49,454 bases of DNA from Candidatus Parcubacteria bacterium. GTDB taxonomy: Bacteria; Patescibacteriota; Minisyncoccia; UBA6257; 2-01-FULL-56-20. This document shows, piece by piece, positions 26,493 to 33,611 of the stretch. Location of the stretch: assembly GCA_027449645.1 (NCBI GenBank), contig DAIDLF010000022.1, positions 1 through 49,454 of the forward strand. Reading direction: 5' to 3'. Position 1 is the first letter of the stretch. Each line of letters starts with the position of its first letter. The notes beneath the pieces were generated by a model. That model was not told the DNA's origin. It did not search any database and saw only the letters and a program-made list of their open reading frames with translations. Both the position numbers and the translations under genes were made by a program.

Positions 26493-26972
26493 ATGAACGA
26501 CTATAAAGCTGTGATAAAATCAGGCATATTACCAATAGAAAGCAATCCCGAATTGTTAGTGGAATACGGCAGAGCTTTTGCGCGGATTAACACTCTTGAA
26601 TATTTACTCGAAGAGTTAATCATTGTTAAAGGGGGCTTGGGATCGGTCAAAAAAGATCTGAGGGAGAAGTTGGTTAATAAAAAAATGTTAGGTCAAAAAA
26701 TAGAGCTTGCAGCTACCTTGCTCGAGCCAACGCTTATAAGTAAGCTTCGGTCTTTAAATGATAAGCGAATTCTGTTAGCTCATAATGCCACGGCTCAAGA
26801 AATAAATAATTCTGGTGACGAACAGAAACCGGGAAATTATGTTATTGGGATAGGCGAGAAGCAAGAAATTTTAACAAATAAATTTTTATCAGATATCAGT
26901 AATCTAGCTCAAGAACTTTTAGTAGATTTCCACGCAGCCTTTCTAAAGGGAACCAAATTTGAACTAAAGTAA
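26493..26972 (+). CDS. Hypothetical all-alpha protein with an HEPN-like Rx4H motif (159 aa)
   Basis: LRSLNDKRILLAHNAT resembles the R-x4-H (R.K.AH-type) catalytic motif of HEPN/Abi RNases. The size and helical character also fit. Confidence 0.4.
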   Translation: MNDYKAVIKSGILPIESNPELLVEYGRAFARINTLEYLLEELIIVKGGLGSVKKDLREKLVNKKMLGQKIELAATLLEPTLISKLRSLNDKRILLAHNATAQEINNSGDEQKPGNYVIGIGEKQEILTNKFLSDISNLAQELLVDFHAAFLKGTKFELK

Positions 26973-27878
26973 TCAGGAATACCCCGCAAGCATCCGCTTA
27001 TACGTGAGTGCTGTTGAAACAAGCGCACTGTTTTCTAAAACGAGCAGGGCAACGAGTACATTCTCAGGCTTCACGCCGTGCATCGAACCGAGAAAGTAGC
27101 GAGATAAACTCGTAATGCCATAAGCAGTATCAAATGGATCGTAGGGGATCATATCTTCGTATTTTCCAGCATCAAGGTCTTTTGCGAGAAGTTTCAGGTC
27201 AAGTCGCTCGAAGGGTTCGCAGCCAAGCTTTGTTTTTATTGATTCACCAAAAGAAGGGAAGCCCCTTTTAATATATTGAAACATGAAGCTCCCGATGGTA
27301 TTAAGTTTTATCTTTTTTATTTTGCCTGTATTTGTAATAAGAACCTCATCGGAAAGGAAAGCGAGTGATCGTCCAAGATCGGTATCGGTCGCTTTCAGCT
27401 GTGCGAAGGTTATTACGCTTCCAACAAGCATACTACTCACAACGTCCATCGTGTTGCGTTTCATATATTTGAAGAATGCCTCCTTTGCTTCTCGAACATC
27501 CGAAGCGAGTTGGCGTTTCTTCTTCATTCTGAGGTCTTCCGCAACGCATTCAAGAGCAAGATCAAAATCTTCGTTGTTGTCAGCATGATCGATGATATAG
27601 TCGATCTGGAAATGAAGTATGTCCTTCATCATATTATTTAAGGCGTGTTCATTGTCGCCCTCGGGAATCCTAAGCTTACCCGCAAGCCGTGAGAAGCTTT
27701 TTTCAAGATTTTCCCTCGATATGCGCTTTTCTTGATCGTCTTTGCAGCGTCCTTTTTGATATTCGGAACAGATATAATAAGCCCCGCTCTTGGTGAGGGT
27801 ATGGCCTGAAACGGCAAATTTAAGCACGCCTTTAGGAAAATAGGAGGGTGCTTTGGGGGTGAAGGCTGATCGAGGCAT
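26973..27878 (-). CDS. Hypothetical protein whose N-terminus resembles the zinc-ribbon/coiled-coil segment of a large serine recombinase (possible remnant or fusion)
   Basis: FPKGVLKFAVSGHTLTKSGAYYICSEYQKGRCKD....LAGKLRIPE here compares with FPLRGFMTCDVCGCMLTATLQKGKYVYYYCTNGKKICDQ....LFGQLRIDE in the 28927-30432 product. The first Cys pair is lost here. Confidence 0.45.
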   Translation of the reverse strand: MPRSAFTPKAPSYFPKGVLKFAVSGHTLTKSGAYYICSEYQKGRCKDDQEKRISRENLEKSFSRLAGKLRIPEGDNEHALNNMMKDILHFQIDYIIDHADNNEDFDLALECVAEDLRMKKKRQLASDVREAKEAFFKYMKRNTMDVVSSMLVGSVITFAQLKATDTDLGRSLAFLSDEVLITNTGKIKKIKLNTIGSFMFQYIKRGFPSFGESIKTKLGCEPFERLDLKLLAKDLDAGKYEDMIPYDPFDTAYGITSLSRYFLGSMHGVKPENVLVALLVLENSALVSTALTYKRMLAGYS

Positions 27879-27966
27879 AGAGTTACACGCCCTTTATACC
27901 TCAAAATCCTCATTTTTACACGTTCGCTCATCCACTACCGACAAACCGCCCCCGTTGTAGGTAGTG

Positions 27967-28176
27967 ATGCCCAATTTTAGCCAAGAACTCATATCCGAGG
28001 TGATCGCCTATTTTGGCGAGCGGGAGGACCGCCTTATAGTCCCCGAAGAAGCGGAGGCGTATTTGGCATCCTTAGCCGAGCTGTATTGGTGCTTCACGGA
28101 GTCGATGAGGCGCAGGGAGTTGGGCAGGAGGGCCGATCCGCCGCAGGCGGGCGGCCCAAACCTTCCCCTGACTTGA
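27967..28176 (+). CDS. Small hypothetical protein upstream of Rep (69 aa)
   Basis: ATG at 27967; the ORF track starts it at a GTG at 27964. Its stop TGA at 28174-28176 lies inside the putative nick-site motif. Confidence 0.35.
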   Translation: MPNFSQELISEVIAYFGEREDRLIVPEEAEAYLASLAELYWCFTESMRRRELGRRADPPQAGGPNLPLT

Positions 28177-28197
28177 TATCCCCACATAGTTGTAATC
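28168..28197 (+). other. Candidate rolling-circle origin or nick site (phiX174-like ACTTGATAT core)
   Basis: CTGACTTGATATCCCCACATAGTTGTAAT lies immediately 5' of the Rep ATG. As I recall it, the phiX174 origin is CAACTTGATATTAATAACACTATAG. Confidence 0.4.
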
Positions 28198-28198
28198 C

Positions 28199-28930
28199 AT
28201 GGGAATTCATTTTAGAAAATATGGCAAAGTCATCGAGATCACGGAAATCGAGCACGAGCCGTCCAAAGTACGCGTATATGCTCCGCGAATCCGCCCTGAT
28301 GTTCACGGGTCTCGGCGATCAGATAGTATTCGAAGGACAAGGACAATATGTCTGTGGCGCGTGTTTGCTGGCGTTGAAGAATTTGGAAGCCCGCTCCTCG
28401 TTACTCTTACCTTCGACGGAGACGCCTCGGATGCCTCTTATGCAAACGATACCCTTCGCCGCTTCCAAGTGCGGTTGCGCGATCAATATCCTGAAGCCCA
28501 ATCCCTCTTTGTTCCCGAATTATCCCCACGAGGACGCATCCACTTTCATGGTTTGCTCTTTAACCTGCCAATGCATCTCGGCGATACGCGCCAGGGTAGA
28601 CGGATCGTGGAGCATGGCACGGAACGAAAAGACAGGATTATCGCCCAGCTTTGGGGCGAAGGTTTTGTGGATGTCCGAAAAACTGATGGTTCTCCAAGGT
28701 TGGGATATTATATCGCCAAGTACATCACAAAGGGGTCAGAGCAAACCCTCTTTAACGCCATGAGGATTCTTCGTATCTCTCGCGGATTCCCTCGGCAGAT
28801 TGAGATCAGTGGCCCCATGGCCGAGGAGCTTAAACGCCGTTACGACCCGAAAACACCAATCAAGGAGTGGGAGGGTAATAATATCTTCCTTGGCAAGATC
28901 AAACGGAAAACGTATATTCAAGACACATGA
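28199..28930 (+). CDS. HUH-superfamily rolling-circle replication initiator (phiX174 gpA / Microviridae VP4-like Rep)
   Basis: 243 aa. Motif 1 is LLVTLTF, motif 2 is RIHFHGLLF (HUH), and motif 3 is GYYIAKYITKG (YxxKY; compare phiX gpA FYVAKYVNK). Also contains LWGEGFVDV. Confidence 0.75.
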   Translation: MGIHFRKYGKVIEITEIEHEPSKVRVYAPRIRPDVHGSRRSDSIRRTRTICLWRVFAGVEEFGSPLLVTLTFDGDASDASYANDTLRRFQVRLRDQYPEAQSLFVPELSPRGRIHFHGLLFNLPMHLGDTRQGRRIVEHGTERKDRIIAQLWGEGFVDVRKTDGSPRLGYYIAKYITKGSEQTLFNAMRILRISRGFPRQIEISGPMAEELKRRYDPKTPIKEWEGNNIFLGKIKRKTYIQDT

Positions 28931-30432
28931 ACTATATTCTCTATTGCCGCAAATCGTCTGAGGCAGAAGATCGCCAAGTCCTTTCTCTTGATTCTCAAGA
29001 GACGGAGCTGAAGCGCCTCGCGGCGGCGGAAGGATATAAGATCATCGAGGTATATCGCGAATCCATGTCGGCAAAGGCTCCGAATCGGCCGCTCTTTGAT
29101 GGGATGATGAATCGGATCGAGAAAGGGGAGGCGCAAGGTGTACTTTGTTGGAAGCTCGATCGTCTCGCACGCAATCCCGTGGACGGCGGCAAGATAAGCT
29201 GGCTTCTTCAGCGCGGCGTGATCCAATCCATTCAAACTCATGACCGCGTGTATCGTCCTTCTGATAATGTCCTTATGATGGCCGTCGAGTTCGGTATGGC
29301 GAACCAATACGTTCTTGATCTAACCGCGAACGTGAAGCGCGGTAATCGGGCGAAGCTTGAAAAAGGTGGCTGGCCGAATATGGCCCCCTATGGATATTGG
29401 AATGATAAGAATGATAAATCGGTGAAAATCGTTTCCGAAAACGCGGCCGTGGTGCGCCGTGCTTTTGAACTGCACGCTACGGGCTTATACGATCTCCGCG
29501 AAACTGCGGATCGGCTCTACGAAGAAGGGCACCGCACACCGAGCGGCAAGCGGGTCGCCAAAAGCATGGTGCATAAAATCCTCCGTAATTCATTCTACTG
29601 TGGCATTATGCTCAAGGACGGCGCGTATTATGCGGGCAAGCACGAGCCGATCGTCTCAAAAGACCTTTTTGATAAGGCGAATGACGTGCTTGATGGAAAG
29701 AATCATTCGAAAGTCCAAAAACATTTCTTCCCACTCCGTGGCTTTATGACCTGCGATGTATGCGGCTGTATGCTCACCGCTACGCTCCAAAAGGGAAAAT
29801 ACGTATATTACTATTGCACGAACGGAAAAAAGATTTGTGATCAGCGCAAAAAACACCTTACTGCCAAGGATGCCGAAATTCTGATCGGCTCGCTTTTTGG
29901 CCAGTTACGGATCGACGAGCGCATTTTGGATATCGCTTTTAAGGCCTACGAGGAGAGGTTTAAATACGAGGAGGTTTCCGTGGAGGATCGCCGTCAAATC
30001 GTCCAAAATTCGATCTCTGCGCTTGAGGAGCGACAGAATCGCCTCGTGGATAGTTTTGTGGCGGGAATCACGCCTAGCGGCGTATATGAGCAAAAAATGA
30101 CCACCCTGAGGAACGAGAGGGTTGCGCTTCAAACTCAGCTTCAGCAGATCGGACAAGGGAATGATCCGTCAGAAATCACTTTCGAACAAATCAAAAACGT
30201 ATTTTTGACAGCAAATTCAATAGCTAATTCGTTCCTCGATGGATCGGATGAAGAAAAACGAGAGTATGCTCAAATTTTACTTTCGAACGTTTCGTTGAGA
30301 GATCAAAAAATCCAAAAATATCAGTTCAAACCCGTCTATCAGGCCATCGCAAATATACCAAAAAAAGACGATTTTGAGAGAGTGCTGCCGGGCAGGGATT
30401 CGAACCCCGATAGATGGATTCAGAGTCCATAG
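28927..30432 (+). CDS. Large serine recombinase (integrase-type)
   Basis: 501 aa. The catalytic N-terminus is ILYCRKSSEAEDRQ...LDRLARN. A recombinase domain follows, then a zinc ribbon (CDVCGC...YYYCTNGKKIC) and a coiled coil. An ATGA start/stop overlap couples it to Rep. The last 16 codons overlap tRNA-Gln. Confidence 0.85.
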   Translation: MNYILYCRKSSEAEDRQVLSLDSQETELKRLAAAEGYKIIEVYRESMSAKAPNRPLFDGMMNRIEKGEAQGVLCWKLDRLARNPVDGGKISWLLQRGVIQSIQTHDRVYRPSDNVLMMAVEFGMANQYVLDLTANVKRGNRAKLEKGGWPNMAPYGYWNDKNDKSVKIVSENAAVVRRAFELHATGLYDLRETADRLYEEGHRTPSGKRVAKSMVHKILRNSFYCGIMLKDGAYYAGKHEPIVSKDLFDKANDVLDGKNHSKVQKHFFPLRGFMTCDVCGCMLTATLQKGKYVYYYCTNGKKICDQRKKHLTAKDAEILIGSLFGQLRIDERILDIAFKAYEERFKYEEVSVEDRRQIVQNSISALEERQNRLVDSFVAGITPSGVYEQKMTTLRNERVALQTQLQQIGQGNDPSEITFEQIKNVFLTANSIANSFLDGSDEEKREYAQILLSNVSLRDQKIQKYQFKPVYQAIANIPKKDDFERVLPGRDSNPDRWIQSP

Positions 30433-30455
30433 TCCTACCATTAGACGACCCGGCA
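30385..30455 (-). tRNA. tRNA-Gln (anticodon CTG)
   Basis: Hand-folded 71-nt cloverleaf: TGCCGGG TC GTCT AATGGTA GGAC T ATGGA CTCTGAA TCCAT CTAT CGGGG TTCGAAT CCCTG CCCGGCA G. It has U1:A72 and G73 as in bacterial tRNA-Gln. CCA is not encoded. Confidence 0.9.
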
Positions 30456-30489
30456 ATGGGAAGGGTAGGGATGTACGCGAACGCTCTTT

Positions 30490-30517
30490 ATTATACGCAC
30501 CCTGCGCTTTTTATCAA
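30490..30517 (-). promoter_or_regulatory. Near-consensus promoter for tRNA-Gln
   Basis: On the minus strand, TTGATA (30517-30512), a 16 nt spacer, then TATAAT (30495-30490). This is about 35 nt upstream of the tRNA 5' end. Confidence 0.6.
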
Positions 30518-30531
30518 TATGCCGTCCGGGA

Positions 30532-31650
30532 CTAGCCCAGGTTTTCCACGATGGCGACCTCCAGCGGCACGACGGCGAAGGGGGAGTAGCGCATTTCGGC
30601 GTAGGCGCGGATGAGCGCGCGGATGAGCTTCACGAGCGCCGCGGTGTCGCTTGCGGCGCCAAGCTGCTTGATGGCGGTCACTTCGTCGCGGGTGAGGTCC
30701 TTTTCAAAGACCGGCTCGAGCGCGGGATTCACCGAAAGCGAAAGCACCTTGCGCAGGTAGTGGATGAGGTCGCGCGTGAACTGCACGAGATTGTGGCCGT
30801 CGTCCTGGAGCGCGGCGATCACGCCAAGCGCGCCCTTGGCGTCGCGGGCAAGGAGGAGCGCGGCGAGCTCATGGACGCGGCGGAGACCGGTGCGCCCGGT
30901 GATGCGCTCGGCATCGTCCAGGGTGATGGACGCGCTGGAAGCGGCTTTATTGAAAGAGGATACCTGTTCCAAAAGCGACTCCGCATCGCGGAAGCTGCCT
31001 TCGCCTGCGGCGGCAAGGAGCTCCAGTGCGCCGTCGTCGATCTTGATCTTTTCGGCCTTCGCGATCGCGGCGAGCTTTTCCATGATGGTCGCCTTGGCCT
31101 GCTTGCGGAACGCAAAGCGCTGGGCGCGCGAGATGATCGTCGCCGGAAGCTTTTCGTACTCCGTGGTGGCCATGATGATCACCACATGCCGCGGCGGCTC
31201 CTCGAGCGTTTTGAGGAGCGCGTTCCATGCGGCACCCGTGAGCATGTGCGCCTCATCAATGATGTACACCTTAAATGCGCCGCCTCCCGGCGCCGCCTTG
31301 ATGTTCTCCTTGAGATTGCGGATCTCATCGATGCCCCGGTTGGAGGCCGCATCGATCTCGATGACGTCCATGGAGTTCTGCGCATCGATCGCGAGGCATT
31401 CGCGGCATTCGTTGCACGGTTCGCAGAGGGCCGCGAACTTCGGATCGTTCCGGCGCTTCTCGCAGTTCAGGAGCTTGGCAATGAGCCGCGCCGTCGTGGT
31501 CTTCCCGGTGCCGCGCGCCCCGTAAAAAATATATGCCTGCCCAAGGCGCCCGGCTTTCGCCGCGTTCTTGAGGATCTGCATGTTGAGATCCTGCCCAAGC
31601 ACGTCCTCCAGCTTTTGGGGGCGGTATTTGCGATAGAGCGCTTGTGCCAT
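30532..31650 (-). CDS. dnaX: DNA polymerase III subunit gamma/tau
   Basis: The start MAQALYRKYRPQKLEDVLGQ is at 31650. Contains GARGTGKTTTARL, a CEPCNECRECLAI zinc module, YIIDEAHMLT and a SRAQRF sensor. Confidence 0.9.
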   Translation of the reverse strand: MAQALYRKYRPQKLEDVLGQDLNMQILKNAAKAGRLGQAYIFYGARGTGKTTTARLIAKLLNCEKRRNDPKFAALCEPCNECRECLAIDAQNSMDVIEIDAASNRGIDEIRNLKENIKAAPGGGAFKVYIIDEAHMLTGAAWNALLKTLEEPPRHVVIIMATTEYEKLPATIISRAQRFAFRKQAKATIMEKLAAIAKAEKIKIDDGALELLAAAGEGSFRDAESLLEQVSSFNKAASSASITLDDAERITGRTGLRRVHELAALLLARDAKGALGVIAALQDDGHNLVQFTRDLIHYLRKVLSLSVNPALEPVFEKDLTRDEVTAIKQLGAASDTAALVKLIRALIRAYAEMRYSPFAVVPLEVAIVENLG

Positions 31651-31684
31651 TGCGATAATTATATATGATGAAAGGGTAACTGTC

Positions 31685-32161
31685 ATGCCCGAACCCCTTT
31701 CGCAAGAACCTCCCTTCGTGCCGCGCGAAGGCCAAATCGACTATACCCACGAGCACCGCGCACCGGTGCTCAATTGCGTCATCACGTGCCAGGGAAAGCT
31801 CCTTCTCGTGAAACGGAACCCCGTGATGCGGCTCTATCCCGGCGTCTGGAACGGCGTATCCGGGTTTTTGGACGAGCCGGGCAAAAGCGTGGAGGAAAAG
31901 GCGCGCGAGGAGCTGCGCGAGGAGCTCGGTGTCACGGAAGAAGGCATTATTTCCCTCATTGCGGTGCCGGAGACCGTGGAAGTATCCTCTCCGGAATATG
32001 ACAAGGTGTGGATCGTGCATCCCGTGCGCGTGGAGCTCACCGGGTTCGGGGTGGCGCTCGACTGGGAGGCCGCGGACCACGCCTGGGTGGACCCCAAGGA
32101 TGCGCGGGGATACGACCTTATGCCGGGTTTCGACAAACTGCTCGAAAAATTCTCGCTCTGA
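31685..32161 (+). CDS. NUDIX hydrolase
   Basis: 158 aa. The Nudix box is GFLDEPGKSVEEKAREELREELGV. Confidence 0.8.
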   Translation: MPEPLSQEPPFVPREGQIDYTHEHRAPVLNCVITCQGKLLLVKRNPVMRLYPGVWNGVSGFLDEPGKSVEEKAREELREELGVTEEGIISLIAVPETVEVSSPEYDKVWIVHPVRVELTGFGVALDWEAADHAWVDPKDARGYDLMPGFDKLLEKFSL

Positions 32162-32163
32162 CC

Positions 32164-32937
32164 ATGCCGTACGAACTTGAGATAGGGGAATTCAAAGGGC
32201 CGCTCGACAAGCTTCTGGAGCTCATCGAGGCGGAAAAGATGGACATCAACGACGTGAGCCTTGCCAAGGTGACGGATGATTTCCTGCATTACCTGAACGA
32301 CCTCAAAGGCGCCATCAGCGCGGCAGGAGATTCCGTCGAAGCCAAGACGGACAGTGCGTTCCGCGCGGACCTGCGCCTGCTTGCCGATTTCGTGGCCGTC
32401 GCAAGCCGCCTGATCTTCCTGAAATCCAAATATCTCCTTCCCGGCCTTGAGCTCACCGAAGAGGAAGAGGCGGACATCAAGGACCTCGAAGCGCGGCTCA
32501 GGATCTATCAGGAGCTCAAGCCGGCGATCCGTTTCGTGAACAAGCTGTGGCACGAAAGCCATAAGTCCTACAGCCGTCCCTATCTCATCGGCAAGGGCGT
32601 AGGGCTCGCGCCCGGACCGGCGATCTTTTATCCCGGCAGGAACCTGGACGCGGAGCGCCTGCAGGCGGCACTCTCGGGGATCCTGGACACCATGAAGGCC
32701 TATGAGATGGAGACCGAGACGGTGCGCGAAAAGATCGTGACGCTCGAGGAAAAAATCTCGGAGGTGTTGGGGCGGATCCAAAAAGAAGGGGATATGCATT
32801 TCAAGGCGCTCTCCGGCGACAAGTCCCGCGGCGAGATGATTGTGGTCTTCCTGGCGCTCCTGCACCTTGCCCGCGAACAGCTCGTATTCCTGGAGCAAAT
32901 GGACGCTTTTTCTGATATACTAGTGAAGAAAAAATGA
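32164..32937 (+). CDS. scpA: Segregation and condensation protein A
   Basis: The start MPYELEIGEFKGPLDKLLELIEAEKMDINDVSLAKVTDDFL is at 32164. The upstream extension in the ORF track is rejected. Confidence 0.85.
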   Translation: MPYELEIGEFKGPLDKLLELIEAEKMDINDVSLAKVTDDFLHYLNDLKGAISAAGDSVEAKTDSAFRADLRLLADFVAVASRLIFLKSKYLLPGLELTEEEEADIKDLEARLRIYQELKPAIRFVNKLWHESHKSYSRPYLIGKGVGLAPGPAIFYPGRNLDAERLQAALSGILDTMKAYEMETETVREKIVTLEEKISEVLGRIQKEGDMHFKALSGDKSRGEMIVVFLALLHLAREQLVFLEQMDAFSDILVKKK

Positions 32938-33575
32938 GTGACCTTGAAGCGCAAAAACCCCAAGACCGTCTCGCGGCGCTCGAAGCGCTCCTTTTCGTCC
33001 ATGGCGAACCCCTGACCCTCAACAAGATCATGGCGGTGCTCGGCGTGGAAAAGGAAGAGCTTGATGCCCTCCTTGCCCGGCTGAAGGAAGAGCTCCTGCG
33101 CGGCGACCGCGGCCTCCAGCTCATCTCCGACCGGGAGAAGGTCCAGTTGGCGACCAAGCCCGAGTTCAACCCCATCCTGGAAAGCTTTGTGAAGGAGGAG
33201 ATCTCGGAAGACCTTACGCCGGCAAGCCTGGAGGCGCTTTCCATCATTGCCTACCTCGGCCCCATCTCGAAGGCAAAGCTGGAATATCTGCGGGGCGTGA
33301 ATTCCAGCGTCATCCTGCGCACCCTCACCATCCGCGGGCTCATTGAGCGGTTCGCCGATCCGGAACACCCGGCAACCTTCCTCTACCGCCCGACATTCGA
33401 CCTCATGAAACATCTCGGCGTCCAGGAAAAGGGCAACCTGCCGGACTATGAAAAATTCCAGGAACTCCTGAAGGTCTTTGAGCCTCAGTCGCAGGAAGGA
33501 CAGCCGCAGGCGCCAGTGCCCGCATCGGCACCGGTGCCGATGCCCCCGGAAAGGCCTGCGGAAGAGGCGCAGTAG
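32934..33575 (+). CDS. scpB: Segregation and condensation protein B
   Basis: 213 aa. Contains LEALLFVHGEPLTL.KI ... LS.ASLEALSIIAYLGPISKAKLEYLRGV. It overlaps scpA by 4 nt. Confidence 0.85.
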   Translation: MSDLEAQKPQDRLAALEALLFVHGEPLTLNKIMAVLGVEKEELDALLARLKEELLRGDRGLQLISDREKVQLATKPEFNPILESFVKEEISEDLTPASLEALSIIAYLGPISKAKLEYLRGVNSSVILRTLTIRGLIERFADPEHPATFLYRPTFDLMKHLGVQEKGNLPDYEKFQELLKVFEPQSQEGQPQAPVPASAPVPMPPERPAEEAQ

Positions 33576-33611
33576 CCGCGCCTTTCGCCGCCCGACCTTT
33601 CGCGTACTGCC

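Larger units (their letters stand above)
25134..30384. mobile_element. Low-GC integrated element or genomic island adjoining the tRNA-Gln 3' end (HUH Rep, large serine recombinase and orphan cargo)
   Basis: There is a sharp compositional drop relative to the flanks. Mobility genes lie at 28199-30432. The island is bounded by the helicase terminator and tRNA-Gln. The exact left end is uncertain (25134 or about 25708). Confidence 0.7.

Noticed and set aside
28086-28763. A 225-aa alternative-frame ORF overlapping the small ORF and Rep.
   Set aside because: The overlapping frame at 28199-28930 carries the complete HUH motif set. This frame has no motifs and starts inside the upstream ORF.
25134-30384. 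Reading the island as a complete prophage, in particular a microvirus prophage.
   Set aside because: The largest non-mobility ORFs are 301 and 159 aa. Nothing resembles a major capsid, pilot, scaffold, terminase or portal protein. Only the Rep and the integrase are phage-like.
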